Shown: positions 1-9,654, counted from the first letter of the stretch. The stretch is DNA of 64,000 nucleotides from Candidatus Binatia bacterium (GCA_038245295.1 JBBRSP010000017.1:32001-96000), one strand, 5' to 3'. A program made the numbers and translations. The notes: generated by a model not told the origin, from the letters alone.

Positions 1-2
1 AT

Positions 3-110
3 TCCGGCCGCATCTGGATGGAGCTTCCCGCCGGCGACTTTCCCGGAACCGTCGTCCGTTTCACGCTGCCGCTCGAAGCTCCGAGGTCCCGAAAGCGAGT
101 ATCAGCATGA
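3..110 (+). CDS. C-terminal end of a sensor histidine kinase (HATPase_c), truncated by the window edge
   Basis: Frame 3 reads SGRIWMELPAGDFPGTVVRFTLPLEAPRSRKRVSA*, a typical GxIW...GT.V.FTLP kinase end; its TGA overlaps the ATG of the next gene (ATGA 107-110). Confidence 0.75.
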   Translation, partial: SGRIWMELPAGDFPGTVVRFTLPLEAPRSRKRVSA

Positions 111-730
111 CAGCCGCGCCGACGGTCTTTGTAGTCGATGATAATGCCGCGGTGCGCGAATCTCTGCATGCACTGCTGCAATCCGTCGGAGTCGCCGCCC
201 GGACGTTTGCTTCGGGTGAAGAGTTTCTCGCGGCCTACAGCCCGGAGCGGCCCGGGTGTCTGGTGTTGGACGTGCGCCTGCGGCACGCCAACGGACTCGA
301 CCTGCAGGACGAGCTACGTCGGCGCCATGCCACGCTACCGATCCTCGTGCTTACGGGCCACGGCAATGTGCCGACCTCGGTGCGGGCGATGAAGGCCGGC
401 GCGATGGACTTTCTGCAAAAGCCCGTGCCTCCGAATGTGCTGTTGGAACGCATTCAAGCGGCGCTCGAAGCGGACCGGCAGGCACGCGAGGCAGCCGCCG
501 AGCGCCGTTCGGTGAGCGACTGCATCGCCGATCTGACGCCGCGCGAACGCCAGGTGATGGATTGCCTCGTCGCCGGTGAAACGTCGAAGGAGATTGCCGC
601 GACCCTGAAGATGAGTGTGCGTACCGTCGAGGGCCACCGCCGCCGTGTGCTTTCGAAGTTGCATGTCTCGTCGGCGTCGCAGTTGGTTGCGGTGGTGCTG
701 AGCGGGCACGGTATTACTCCACAAGCTTAG
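107..730 (+). CDS. FixJ/NarL-family response regulator (REC + LuxR HTH)
   Basis: VFVVDD, LVLDVRL, LTGHG, DFLQKP receiver motifs; LTPRERQV...SKEIA...SVRTVEGHR HTH. Confidence 0.93.
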   Translation: MTAAPTVFVVDDNAAVRESLHALLQSVGVAARTFASGEEFLAAYSPERPGCLVLDVRLRHANGLDLQDELRRRHATLPILVLTGHGNVPTSVRAMKAGAMDFLQKPVPPNVLLERIQAALEADRQAREAAAERRSVSDCIADLTPRERQVMDCLVAGETSKEIAATLKMSVRTVEGHRRRVLSKLHVSSASQLVAVVLSGHGITPQA

Positions 731-773
731 CGTCCCAGGGGCTAGCTGGAGCTTCCATCGACGATTGATACCG

Positions 774-830
774 CGTAGAACTAAATGCGTGGGTTTACGA
801 CCTACCGCGCCCGGCGCCTAGCGATAGAAG
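774..830 (+). promoter_or_regulatory. Regulon motif copy 1 plus -10-like TAGAAG, upstream of the radical SAM gene
   Basis: CGTAGAACTAAATG-CGTGGGTTTACGACC; TAGAAG at 825-830; the most degenerate of the nine copies. Confidence 0.55.
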
Positions 831-924
831 GTCGAACCCTTGCACTCGGGGTGAGTGCGGCCAGCTCGACCTTTCAAAGCCAGCGCGCCGCCGCTGTAGC
901 TGACGCGTGCGAGAGGAGTGCTCA

Positions 925-2538
925 ATGCTCGTGTTCCTGATCCATATCCGTGACCCACAATTCTACGCCCTGCCGGCGGCGACTCGCGCCGCCAATGGCA
1001 ATATCCGCGTCATGGGCTTTCCGCCGATCGGCATCATGTCGTTGTCGGCGGTGCTCAAGCGGGCTGGGCATGAGTGTGTCATGTTCGATCAGGCAAACCC
1101 CGATACTCCCGACGACACGATCATTGATGCAATCCGCCGGCAGCAGCCCGGTCTGGTCGGCCTGAGCTTCTTGAGCACTACAAGTTACCCCTACGCCAAG
1201 TTGCTGGCGCGGCGCATCCGCGCCGTTGATCCCGACGTGCCGTTGGCGTTCGGCGGCGTCTTCGCCACACTCAATGCCGAGCTCGTCAAGACGCAGTGTC
1301 CCGAAGTCAACTTCGTCTGCCGCGGTGACGGCGAGCAATTGATTCTCGACCTGGTGGACCGGATAGACGCACCGGAAACCGTCGCCGGGCTTACCTGGGC
1401 GAAAGACGGCAAGGTGATCCAGAACCCCAATCGGATGATGGACCGCCATCTCGATCAGTGGCCATTTCCCGATCGCGAAAGCCTGAAGCTCGACTTCATC
1501 GAGTCGATGCCTCTCGATGTGCCCGCGGTCCTGTCCATGGAGCGATTCACGACGATGCAAACATCGCGCGGTTGTCCATGGCCGTGTGTGTTTTGCGACA
1601 TACCGATCTTCAACGAGGGCAAATGGCGCTCGCGCAGTGCCCAACACGTGGTCGATGAGTTCAAAGAGCTACAGCGATTGGGCTACGGCGCCGTGTACTT
1701 CGTCGATGATCACTTCCTGCTGCAACCCAAACGCATCGAAGCCATCTGCAACGGGATCAATGAGGCTGGCGTAACGATTCAGTGGGGCTGTGAAGGCCGT
1801 GTCGATTCGACGGCGCAACATCTTTTTCCGGCGATGGTAAAAGCGCATTGCCGCACCATCATGTTCGGTGTCGAGAGCGGCAGTCAGACGGTGCTGGACC
1901 GACTGAAGAAAGAACAAACGTTGGCGGAGGTCGAGAACGCGGTCACCAACGCGAAACGCGCCGGCATCGAGATCGTCCACGGCTTCTTCGTCGTCGGTAC
2001 ACCGGGCGAAACGGTCGAGGACATGCGTGCGACGTTTGATTTTGCCGCCAAGCTGCGACTCGACACCTTTGCGTTCAACCGTTTGTGTGTCTACCGCGGC
2101 ACGCCGCTGTGGCACGAGTACCTGACGCGCGGTTTGGTGAACGACGCGGACGATTGGTTCAAGTACTTCAAGTGTTCGGAAATCGATCCCACGTGTTTGT
2201 CCGGTGAGGTCATCAATAACGAACGCAACGCCGGCTTCCGACGACTGTTCCGTTACAAGGTGACACACTATCCGATGCAGACGCTGCGCTTGCTGCGGCG
2301 CTTCATGCGCCACATGCCGGTGCGCGATGTGTTGTACCTGCTCTTCAAGCCCTTCTTCGGCAGCAAACAGGGGCCGACCAAGAACGAAGTCTTGTCGCGC
2401 GCTGTCGAGCATCCGCTCGTCAAGGATGCCGCGGCAAACCTTACTCAGGTATCCGATGACCTGCTCCAGCGGGTCGTCGAAGAGTCGCGCGCCGAGCGAC
2501 GGCGCATCCTCCAGGAGTCTCCCTCCAGCCAGCCGTGA
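925..2538 (+). CDS. Cobalamin-binding radical SAM protein (class B methyltransferase-like)
   Basis: N-terminal B12-binding-like region (PPIGIMSLSAVLK...FGGVFAT...RGDGE), SRGCPWPCVFC cluster motif, FVDD, GVESGS; GAGGAG before ATG 925. Confidence 0.9.
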   Translation: MLVFLIHIRDPQFYALPAATRAANGNIRVMGFPPIGIMSLSAVLKRAGHECVMFDQANPDTPDDTIIDAIRRQQPGLVGLSFLSTTSYPYAKLLARRIRAVDPDVPLAFGGVFATLNAELVKTQCPEVNFVCRGDGEQLILDLVDRIDAPETVAGLTWAKDGKVIQNPNRMMDRHLDQWPFPDRESLKLDFIESMPLDVPAVLSMERFTTMQTSRGCPWPCVFCDIPIFNEGKWRSRSAQHVVDEFKELQRLGYGAVYFVDDHFLLQPKRIEAICNGINEAGVTIQWGCEGRVDSTAQHLFPAMVKAHCRTIMFGVESGSQTVLDRLKKEQTLAEVENAVTNAKRAGIEIVHGFFVVGTPGETVEDMRATFDFAAKLRLDTFAFNRLCVYRGTPLWHEYLTRGLVNDADDWFKYFKCSEIDPTCLSGEVINNERNAGFRRLFRYKVTHYPMQTLRLLRRFMRHMPVRDVLYLLFKPFFGSKQGPTKNEVLSRAVEHPLVKDAAANLTQVSDDLLQRVVEESRAERRRILQESPSSQP

Positions 2539-2670
2539 CCTGCCCAGATTCGCGACCGGCGCAAGCCCCAGAATTTGCTCGAGGCGCCATTTTGAGGGCT
2601 GACCTCCCTGCCGTTTGCGGTACATTCTCCAACGAGGAGACCGGGCGCATGATAGGCGCCGCTACGCCCG

Positions 2671-2728
2671 CGTAGGACCACGCGCGTAGTTGCCCGAGCT
2701 TACGACCCTGTCGCACCTCCTGTACCAG
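2671..2728 (+). promoter_or_regulatory. Regulon motif copy 2 plus -10-like TACCAG
   Basis: CGTAGGACCACGCG-CGTAGTTGCCCGAGC-TTACGA-N17-TACCAG. Confidence 0.72.
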
Positions 2729-2773
2729 AGGAGTAGCAGGTGCCGCGCCTCGACGCGGCCTGGAGGTTCGTTG

Positions 2774-5074
2774 ATGATTCCGAAACGTATTGTATCTGTC
2801 TTTGCGGGACTTCTGATGGTCTCTGCCACCCTCGGTGGCGCTTTGCCGGCATTGGCTCAGGGCCGATCTGGCGGCGGGGGGACGCCGCCGCGTCTAGCCT
2901 TCCTGGATGGCGACGTGTCGTTCTGGCGCACCGGTGCCGAGGAGTGGACGCAAGCCCAATTGAACACACCGATTGCGGCCGGCGATTCCCTCTTCGCCGG
3001 TGACAACGCCAATTTTGAGCTCGAGGTCGGTCCACGTGCCTTTGTGCGCGCCGGCGCCGCCACGGAAATCGACCTCACGGCGCTCGAGCCGGACTACTTG
3101 CAACTGCGTATCCCCGGCGGACACGCGGCCCTCGATCTGAAAAGTCTGCCGCGCGGTACGACGATCGAAGTCGATTCACCGAATGCCGCGTTTACGATCA
3201 ACCGCCCGGGGTATTACCGTGTCGACATCGACGAGACCCGAACGGTATTCAGCGCTCGCCGCGGCGGTGCAGCGATGGTTGCCCCGGCGGCGTCGGACTC
3301 GCTGTCGGTCGGCGACAATCAACAGGTCATTCTCGATGGTACGGACAATGTACAGGTCAATCTCACTGCGGCGCCCGCTCCGGATGAATGGGATCGCTGG
3401 AATTACGACCGCAGCGGGCAGCTGGTTGAAGTACCCCGCAGCGCTGCCTACGTGCCGCCCACGGTTGCCGGTGTCGACGACCTCGACCGCTACGGCGAGT
3501 GGCGCGCGCAGCCGCGCTACGGCCACGTCTGGGTACCGCGCGATGTGCAGCCCGACTGGGCTCCCTACAGCACCGGCCGCTGGGTCTATGACCCGTATTA
3601 CGAGTGGACGTGGGTCGACGACTCACCTTGGGGCTGGGCTCCGTATCACTACGGGCGTTGGGTGCATCTCGATGGGTATTGGGGCTGGGCGCCCGGGCCG
3701 ATTGTGGCGCGACCGGTATATGCGCCGGCCCTCGTTGCGTTCTTCGGTTCGCCGGGCCTCGGCGTCTCGGTGAGCATCGGCCTACCGTTCGTCAGCTGGT
3801 GTGCTCTCGGCTTCGGTGAACCGATCATTCCGTGGTGGGGGAGAAGAGGGTTTGTTGGGCAGCCCTACTGGGGTGGTTGGGGTGGCCCGCGCGTCGTCAA
3901 TAATGTCGTCATCAACAACACGCGCATCGTCAATGTTACGAACATCAACCACTATGAGAATGTGAATGTCCGTAATGCCGTCTCGGGCGTCGATCGCAAT
4001 CAATTCGGTCGCGGCCGCGGCGATCACATCCGCTTGGATCCGCAGCGTGTGCAGAACCTGCGCCCGGTGCGCGGCGATCTCGGTGTCCGGCCGGTTGCGT
4101 CGAGCCTTGTCGCCCGGGAGGAACGTGGTCGACGCCCTCCGGAACAACTGCAGGCACGCCGGGTGGTAACCACCAGACCGGCGCCGGATCCGATGAATCG
4201 ATTGCGAACCAAGGGTTTTGCCCCGACGGCGAGTCCGTCGCGACCTGAACCACGCATGGCGCATACCCTGCGCCAGCCGCGCGATCCGGGCGCGCAGCCG
4301 CAAGGCGGTAATCCACCGCAGCGCCGCGGTGCCGTTCCTCAGCAGAGGCAGGCGCCTGGGGTGTCAGGACAACCACAGCCTGCCGGCGGCGAGGCCGCCC
4401 ACCCGGGTCGTCCGGAAAGGCCAGGCCGGCCGATACGTCAGGAACACACGCAACCCGGTGCTCGCGGTGAAGTGGCGCCGCCGCCGGTGCCCGGTGCCCG
4501 TCCGCGACCAAATGCGATGCACCCCGGTGTAGCGCCGCAGCCGGGTTCCCGCGAACAAGCGCAACCCCCCGTACACGATCAGGTACGCCCGCGGGAGAAT
4601 CGAGTCGCGCCGCCACCGCCGAACGAGCCACGCGCCGTCCCACGGCCGCCGGCCCACCAGGCTGATCGACAACACGAACCGGCAGCGCCACACGCCCAGC
4701 CGGCCGCACAACCGCCACCGCCGCACTCGCAGCCGGCGGCCCGGGAACCACAAGCGCCGATGCATCAGCCTGCCGCACCGCCCCCCGCGGCGCCCAGACC
4801 TCCGGCACAGCAGCCGTCGCGCCCACACGAGGAGCGGGTCGCACCACCGCCGCAAATGCATCAGCAAGCTCCGGTGCGGCAGGAGCGCGCCGCGCCGCCG
4901 CCGCAGGCGCCGCCACGGCAGGAGCGCGCCATGCCGCCGGTTCAACAGCAACAGCAACCGCGGCCGGCCCCGCCGCCGGTTCAACAGCAACAGCAACGGC
5001 AACCGCGGCCGGCTCCGCAGAATGCGCCACCGCATGCTGCACCGGCTGCCGGCGGCGACCGGCCGCCCGGGTAA
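2774..5074 (+). CDS. Secreted FecR/DUF6600-type protein with W/Y-rich repeats and a long Pro/Gln-rich tail
   Basis: Signal peptide after GGAGG; FecR-like beta region; DLDRYGEW, WAPYSTGRW, PWGWAPYHYGRW motifs; low-complexity C-terminus. Confidence 0.8.
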   Translation: MIPKRIVSVFAGLLMVSATLGGALPALAQGRSGGGGTPPRLAFLDGDVSFWRTGAEEWTQAQLNTPIAAGDSLFAGDNANFELEVGPRAFVRAGAATEIDLTALEPDYLQLRIPGGHAALDLKSLPRGTTIEVDSPNAAFTINRPGYYRVDIDETRTVFSARRGGAAMVAPAASDSLSVGDNQQVILDGTDNVQVNLTAAPAPDEWDRWNYDRSGQLVEVPRSAAYVPPTVAGVDDLDRYGEWRAQPRYGHVWVPRDVQPDWAPYSTGRWVYDPYYEWTWVDDSPWGWAPYHYGRWVHLDGYWGWAPGPIVARPVYAPALVAFFGSPGLGVSVSIGLPFVSWCALGFGEPIIPWWGRRGFVGQPYWGGWGGPRVVNNVVINNTRIVNVTNINHYENVNVRNAVSGVDRNQFGRGRGDHIRLDPQRVQNLRPVRGDLGVRPVASSLVAREERGRRPPEQLQARRVVTTRPAPDPMNRLRTKGFAPTASPSRPEPRMAHTLRQPRDPGAQPQGGNPPQRRGAVPQQRQAPGVSGQPQPAGGEAAHPGRPERPGRPIRQEHTQPGARGEVAPPPVPGARPRPNAMHPGVAPQPGSREQAQPPVHDQVRPRENRVAPPPPNEPRAVPRPPAHQADRQHEPAAPHAQPAAQPPPPHSQPAAREPQAPMHQPAAPPPAAPRPPAQQPSRPHEERVAPPPQMHQQAPVRQERAAPPPQAPPRQERAMPPVQQQQQPRPAPPPVQQQQQRQPRPAPQNAPPHAAPAAGGDRPPG

Positions 5075-5236
5075 TATTCAACTGTCTACCCGTGCCGATC
5101 ACCAGAGTGCGAGCTCGGCGTGCCGCTTGAATCCCAAAGGAGATCAGTGTTGAAAACGCCCCAACTCTTGTCCGTGCGCGAAGATGTTCCCAGTGCCGAA
5201 TGTTGTCACCCTGACATGTCATCCCGGCGAAGGAGT

Positions 5237-5369
5237 GAGCGTGTCGATTTACTCGGAAACCATATTTGAAACCGAGCAGACCTATCCGTCATACCGGCGA
5301 AAGCCGGTATCTCGCCAGCTTTCGAGGCTTCCAGCAGGGGGAGATCCCGGTTTTCACCGGGATGACGGA
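5237..5369 (-). mobile_element. Partial, degenerate copy of the ~160-bp MITE in reverse orientation
   Basis: 5287-5368 is nearly the reverse complement of the internal REP pair at 25096-25176; 5237-5286 resembles the MITE right arm; preceded by half-REP GTCATCCCGGCGAAG. Confidence 0.7.
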
Positions 5370-5414
5370 GGTAGGGCTGGTTGCCCTGAGTTGGTTCCGG
5401 CCAACGGCCGGGCT

Positions 5415-6203
5415 GTGAGGAATTCCGTTGTTCGCGTTTTACTGCGGGTTGTCGGTCTGGCCATCGTCGCGACTGTTGTCGTGGCTCGTGTCGCTGCAGC
5501 GGGCGACGCCGGAGTACCGATCAAACTTTCGTGGACAGAGGGTGACGTCGCCGGGATCTCGTCAATCTTGTCGCCGACCAGCGACAAACCGATTGGCCAT
5601 GTCGAATACCATCAGCAACGCCACGGCGATGTGATCGAGGCGGTGCGTATCGCCCATTTCAACGACGGCTCGAGTGACGAGGATCACGCCGAGGCGCGCG
5701 TCGGCGAGACACTCCGCTCTTTGCGCGGTCGCTCGATCATTCGCAACACGAAGGGTGTTGCCACCTCCGACATTACAATCGACGTTGCGGGCGGGCATAT
5801 TTCCGGATTCTCCGGTCTCGGCAAGGACAGGGTCGCTTACGACGAGCACGTCGAATTGCCCGAGGGCACCTATTGGGGACCGCTGATCTTCATGGTGATC
5901 AAATCGTTCGATGCCAACGCCGTCGACAACCGCCTCGTCTTCCGGACGGTTATCGCGACGCCGAAGCCGCGTGTCATCGATATGGAGCTGTTGAAGAAGA
6001 ACGAGACGACCGTGCGTCACGCGGGCACCGGCATCAAGGCGGTGCAGTTCGTCCTGCGGCCTACGGTGAATTGGTTGGTCGATCCTATCATTCGGATGTT
6101 CGCGCCCGACACGAACTTCTTCGTGAAGGCTGGTGAGCCACCCGCTCTGGTGCGTTTCGCTGGGCCGCGCAACTTTGCCGGCCAGAAAATTCGCATTGAA
6201 TAA
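5415..6203 (+). CDS. Hypothetical exported protein
   Basis: Probable GTG start at 5415 followed by a signal-like segment (VLLRVVGLAIVATVVVARVAAA); the upstream part of the ORF-track ORF is repeat-derived. Confidence 0.65.
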   Translation: MRNSVVRVLLRVVGLAIVATVVVARVAAAGDAGVPIKLSWTEGDVAGISSILSPTSDKPIGHVEYHQQRHGDVIEAVRIAHFNDGSSDEDHAEARVGETLRSLRGRSIIRNTKGVATSDITIDVAGGHISGFSGLGKDRVAYDEHVELPEGTYWGPLIFMVIKSFDANAVDNRLVFRTVIATPKPRVIDMELLKKNETTVRHAGTGIKAVQFVLRPTVNWLVDPIIRMFAPDTNFFVKAGEPPALVRFAGPRNFAGQKIRIE

Positions 6204-6228
6204 GCCGTCGGATGTCCCGCCGAGCCTA

Positions 6229-6300
6229 CGTAGAAGTACGCGCGTAGGAGCGCGTACGTAGTAGTCCGATCTTACGTCGCCGCCGGATGTTCCGTAAGAA
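6229..6300 (+). promoter_or_regulatory. Regulon motif copy 3 (three 14-bp units) plus -10-like TAAGAA
   Basis: CGTAG at 6229, 6243 and 6257, then TAGTCCGATC-TTACGT-N17-TAAGAA. Confidence 0.75.
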
Positions 6301-6306
6301 GTTGCC

Positions 6307-6684
6307 ATGGCGATGGAAGCAAACCCCGAACTAGCGCGTGTCTCTACTGGAATGAGGCAACTCGATATCCTCTTGCCGTCGCAACATTTCGGTCCGCACC
6401 GCAAGCAGTCACCTGAGCAGCGCCTGATGATCGCTGTGCTGCACGACGCGATCGACTGCATCGAGAAGTTTCGATTTTCTGATGATCCGCAGGGCCGCCG
6501 CATCTTTCACGAAACCAAGCAGTGGCTGGTGTCGAGCGAAACCGACTGGCCATACTCGTTTGAGTGTATCTGCGCCGTGCTCGATCTTGATTCGGATGCG
6601 GTGCGCCAACGCTTGCGGGTAACCCCCGTGCGACACCCGGTGCTGCGGGCTACGCAGGAAGCCCAGCGTATGACAGGAACCTAG
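6307..6684 (+). CDS. Conserved hypothetical protein (EQRLMIAVLHDAI...W...SFECICAVL type)
   Basis: Compact helical ORF directly behind a motif promoter; resembles a recurrent uncharacterised family (from memory). Confidence 0.7.
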   Translation: MAMEANPELARVSTGMRQLDILLPSQHFGPHRKQSPEQRLMIAVLHDAIDCIEKFRFSDDPQGRRIFHETKQWLVSSETDWPYSFECICAVLDLDSDAVRQRLRVTPVRHPVLRATQEAQRMTGT

Positions 6685-6843
6685 TCGTAAACATCAATGT
6701 TGTAGGGCTCTGTGCGTCGCAAGACCGCACCTCTACACGCCTGGCCCCGGCGCTTGCCTCCTGGCCCACCTTGGTTGCTGTCGCCGGGGCCCCCTCAACC
6801 AACGTAAAGAATTGGTCGTGAGACATTTCCCTGGAGGAACTCT

Positions 6844-7164
6844 ATGAGTACTTGGAATCGCTTTGCCACTCTGTCGGTCGCAGTCCTGTTGTCGTCGCTT
6901 GTCGGATGCGCCTCGACGGCCAAACACGAAGGTACCGGTGAGTACATCGACGACACGGTCCTGACGACCAAAGTGAAGGCGGAAGTGTTGGCCGAAGACT
7001 CTCTGAAGTCGAGCGAGATCAACGTCGAGAGCTTCAAGGGTGTTGTTCAATTGAGCGGCTTTGTCTCTTCACAGGCGGACATCAACAAGGCCGTAGAGAT
7101 TGCGCGCCACGTGAAGGGTGTGAAGTCAGTCAAGAATGACATGCGTGTAAAGGGCCAGCAGTAA
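6844..7164 (+). CDS. BON-domain (OsmY-like) lipoprotein
   Basis: Lipobox LVGC; GEYIDDTVLTTKVKA...INVESFKGVVQLSGFV...VKGVKSVKNDM; GGAGG RBS. Confidence 0.92.
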   Translation: MSTWNRFATLSVAVLLSSLVGCASTAKHEGTGEYIDDTVLTTKVKAEVLAEDSLKSSEINVESFKGVVQLSGFVSSQADINKAVEIARHVKGVKSVKNDMRVKGQQ

Positions 7165-7167
7165 AGT

Positions 7168-7211
7168 GGTTGGTGGCTGATCGCCGAGCCGGGGCAATCA
7201 GCCACCCAGCC
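7168..7211 (+). terminator. Stem-loop after the BON gene
   Basis: GGTGGCTGATCGCC...GGCAATCAGCCACC inverted repeat; no clear U-tract. Confidence 0.4.
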
Positions 7212-7238
7212 TATGTACTCTTTGACGTGAGTTGAAAC

Positions 7239-7859
7239 GTGGCTGCGCCTACCGTCTTTGTCGTAGACGACAACATAGGCGTGCGCAGGTCGGTGCGGGC
7301 GTTGTTGGAGTCCGCGGGACTGAACGTCGAGACATACGGCGAGGCGGACGAGTTTCGCGCCTCATTCGACCCGCAACGATCCGGTTGCCTGTTGCTTGAT
7401 GTCCGCTTACGAGACAGTTGCGGTCTCGACCTGCAAGACGAGCTGCGGGCGCGCAAGGCGTCGCTTCCGGTCATCGTAATGACCGGTCACGGCAACGTGG
7501 CGATTTCGGTGCGAGCCCTCAAGGCTGGCGCCTTCGACTTTCTGCAGAAGCCGGTGCCGCCGAATATGCTGCTTGAGCGCATCCGTGCGGCAATCGAATA
7601 CGATCGCAACACGCGAACCTCCAGCAGTCAACGTGCCCCTGTCATGAGTGATCTGGCGGGGCTGACACCCCGCGAGGGCGAAGTCATGGAACTACTGGTC
7701 GCGGGTAAGCCATCCAAGGAAATCGCCGAGACCCTGCATGTCAGCGTGCGCACGATCGAAGGGCATCGACGTATGGTGTTGGCCAAGATGAACGTGTCCT
7801 CGGCGGCACAACTCGTCCGCACGGTGCTGAGTGTTCGGGACGCGGCACTGCGGCTCTAG
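7239..7859 (+). CDS. FixJ/NarL-family response regulator, paralog of 107..730
   Basis: Same receiver motifs and near-identical HTH (SKEIA...SVRTIEGHRR). Confidence 0.93.
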   Translation: MAAPTVFVVDDNIGVRRSVRALLESAGLNVETYGEADEFRASFDPQRSGCLLLDVRLRDSCGLDLQDELRARKASLPVIVMTGHGNVAISVRALKAGAFDFLQKPVPPNMLLERIRAAIEYDRNTRTSSSQRAPVMSDLAGLTPREGEVMELLVAGKPSKEIAETLHVSVRTIEGHRRMVLAKMNVSSAAQLVRTVLSVRDAALRL

Positions 7860-8758
7860 GTCTCACGTTGCAGGGGTGGCGGCTCTTGCGCAGCCTTTGT
7901 CGAAGCCATGAAGTCGACCAACACTTTGATAAACCGCTCAGGAGCTTCGCAGTGCGGGTAGTGGCCTATATCTTCGAAGATTTCGAGGCGACTGCCGGGA
8001 ATGGCCTCGTGGGCGGTGATGGCATGGCTGACTGGAATGAACGGATCCTGCGCTCCCCAGATGATCAACGTCGGCACGTGGGCGGCCCGGTACAGTCGAC
8101 TAAGAGCACTCACCGCCTGCCCACCCACATCGACTACCTCGCGCAGACTGCGGAAAAACGCTCGTCGGCTGTCGCGGTCGGCGAGCGACGTATAGCTGCG
8201 CCAAATCTCTTCCTTGGCAGGGGTCGACGGGATGCCGAGGCGACCGAGCCATGTCGCGATGACGTCGCCCGCCTGGCGCACGGGCATGGCGCCGAACACC
8301 GGGAACACCGACTCAAAACCAGGAAGCGTCAACATCCTCAGGTAACGGGTCAACTCGCGTCCCAGCCCGCCGCTGCCGACCAGCACCAGACGCTCGCAGC
8401 GCTCGGGGAACTGATAGGCCAGCTGCATCACGACACCGCCGCCGAGCGACTGGCCTACAAACGTCGCCCGTGTGTAACCGAGCGCCTCCAACAGGTCGCG
8501 CAGCATATTGGCGTGCGAGCCGAGCGAGTAGTCGCCGGGCGGTTTGTCCGACTCGCCTTGGCCGAGAAGATCGGGGGCAAGCACGGTGAAGCGCTCGGCC
8601 AACTCAGGCATGACATAGCGCCACGTCACCGAGCTCCCAGCCATGCCGTGCACCAGGAGCAGCAACGGTCCTGTGCCGGCGATGCGGTAAACGATCGTGT
8701 TGCCGTTGAGTGTTACTTGGCGTGGTCTGATATGTGCCCAACTCGTTGCGACAGACAT
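7856..8758 (-). CDS. Alpha/beta fold hydrolase
   Basis: LLVHG, PDLLGQGES, GQSLGG nucleophile, WGAQD, GHYPH; likely start MSVATS at 8758. Confidence 0.9.
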   Translation of the reverse strand: MSVATSWAHIRPRQVTLNGNTIVYRIAGTGPLLLLVHGMAGSSVTWRYVMPELAERFTVLAPDLLGQGESDKPPGDYSLGSHANMLRDLLEALGYTRATFVGQSLGGGVVMQLAYQFPERCERLVLVGSGGLGRELTRYLRMLTLPGFESVFPVFGAMPVRQAGDVIATWLGRLGIPSTPAKEEIWRSYTSLADRDSRRAFFRSLREVVDVGGQAVSALSRLYRAAHVPTLIIWGAQDPFIPVSHAITAHEAIPGSRLEIFEDIGHYPHCEAPERFIKVLVDFMASTKAAQEPPPLQRET

Positions 8759-8975
8759 AGTAGTCGGATCCTCTTGTTGCGGGACACGCCGGCCGGACAT
8801 ACACGCGAATCGCGCGTTGCCGAGTCGCCCCTGGTCGTCGTGATCGTAGTCAATGCGGCCGTCTCTAGCGAGGTGGCCGCGATGAATTCCTATTCGAGCG
8901 AAGCGACGCAGTCGCGTGCATTGGCAATGAGAATCAGCGGCAATGAGCGGGCTTCTCAACAATTCGCGTCGGCGT

Positions 8976-8991
8976 CGGCATGAGGGTTGCA
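8976..8991 (+). promoter_or_regulatory. Putative sigma-54 (-24/-12) promoter of the csbD cluster
   Basis: CGGCATG-AGGG-TTGCA fits GG-N10-GC (consensus TGGCACG-N4-TTGCW), about 30 nt before ATG 9021. Confidence 0.6.
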
Positions 8992-9020
8992 CAAGCCAAT
9001 GTCAGTAGGGAGGAGACATC

Positions 9021-9188
9021 ATGACAAGTGGAAAAGCGGATGAACTGAAGGGGCGTGTCAAGGAAGCCGCGGGCGCTCTGCTGGGCGACAAAGAGCTCAA
9101 GCAGGAGGGCAAGGCCGACCAGACTGTGGGCAAAGTGAAGCAATCGGTTGAGAAGATGATTGATAAGGTAAAGGACGCGCTCGATTGA
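9021..9188 (+). CDS. csbD: CsbD-family stress protein (55 aa, not in ORF track)
   Basis: MTSGKADELKGRVKEAAGALLGDKELKQEGKADQTVGKVKQ...; GGAGGAG RBS. Confidence 0.9.
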   Translation: MTSGKADELKGRVKEAAGALLGDKELKQEGKADQTVGKVKQSVEKMIDKVKDALD

Positions 9189-9222
9189 AATGAGCTGACG
9201 CTCACCTGCCGAGGAGAATCTC

Positions 9223-9393
9223 ATGTTGCACTACGCTGTAGTCTTTTTCGTCATCGCGCTGATCGCCTCGGTGCTTGGCTTCCGCGGCATAGCCGGGATG
9301 TCGGCGCAGATTGGTTGGATCTTCGCGGTCATCGCCATCGTCTTCTTGGTTGTCGCCTTACTCGGCAGTCGCGGACCGATTGGAATTCCCTAA
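9223..9393 (+). CDS. DUF1328-family small membrane protein (56 aa, not in ORF track)
   Basis: MLHYAVVFFVIALIASVLGFRGIAGMSAQIGWIFAVIAIVFLVVALL...; GAGGAG RBS. Confidence 0.88.
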   Translation: MLHYAVVFFVIALIASVLGFRGIAGMSAQIGWIFAVIAIVFLVVALLGSRGPIGIP

Positions 9394-9450
9394 GCAGAGT
9401 GTGCCTTCGATGGCTTTGCACGTAGCTTCGACGATCACGCATTCAGCACG

Positions 9451-9529
9451 CCGCAGGCTGAAGCCTGCGCCTACCATGCTGGATACACCGGCGGATTGGA
9501 AACCGGTAGGCGCAGGCTTCAGCCTGCGG
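9451..9529. repeat. GTAG-type REP doublet (REPIN)
   Basis: CCGCAGGCTGAAGCCTGCGCCTACC...GGTAGGCGCAGGCTTCAGCCTGCGG; six such doublets in the window. Confidence 0.85.
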
Positions 9530-9654
9530 CGTGGTCGCGAAGGTAATCTGCAAAGCCGCCTTCGAGCACACGGCACGGCATTGTGCCGTTAAGCGCGGTA
9601 GTGAGGCATCATAAAATGAACCCAGCCTTCTGGCAGAACTCGGAGACCACGCTC

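Noticed and set aside
3945..5222. Long antisense ORFs (also 1669-2625, 7868-8983, 14110-14736, 45707-46675, 60127-61449)
   Set aside because: Shadows of real genes in GC-rich DNA with no recognisable motifs.
5184..5414. REP-encoded peptide at the start of the 339-aa ORF
   Set aside because: It translates MITE/REP sequence; the signal peptide begins near 5415.
9571..9590. Second sigma-54 promoter (CGGCACGGCATTGTGC)
   Set aside because: GG-to-GC spacing is not 10 nt.
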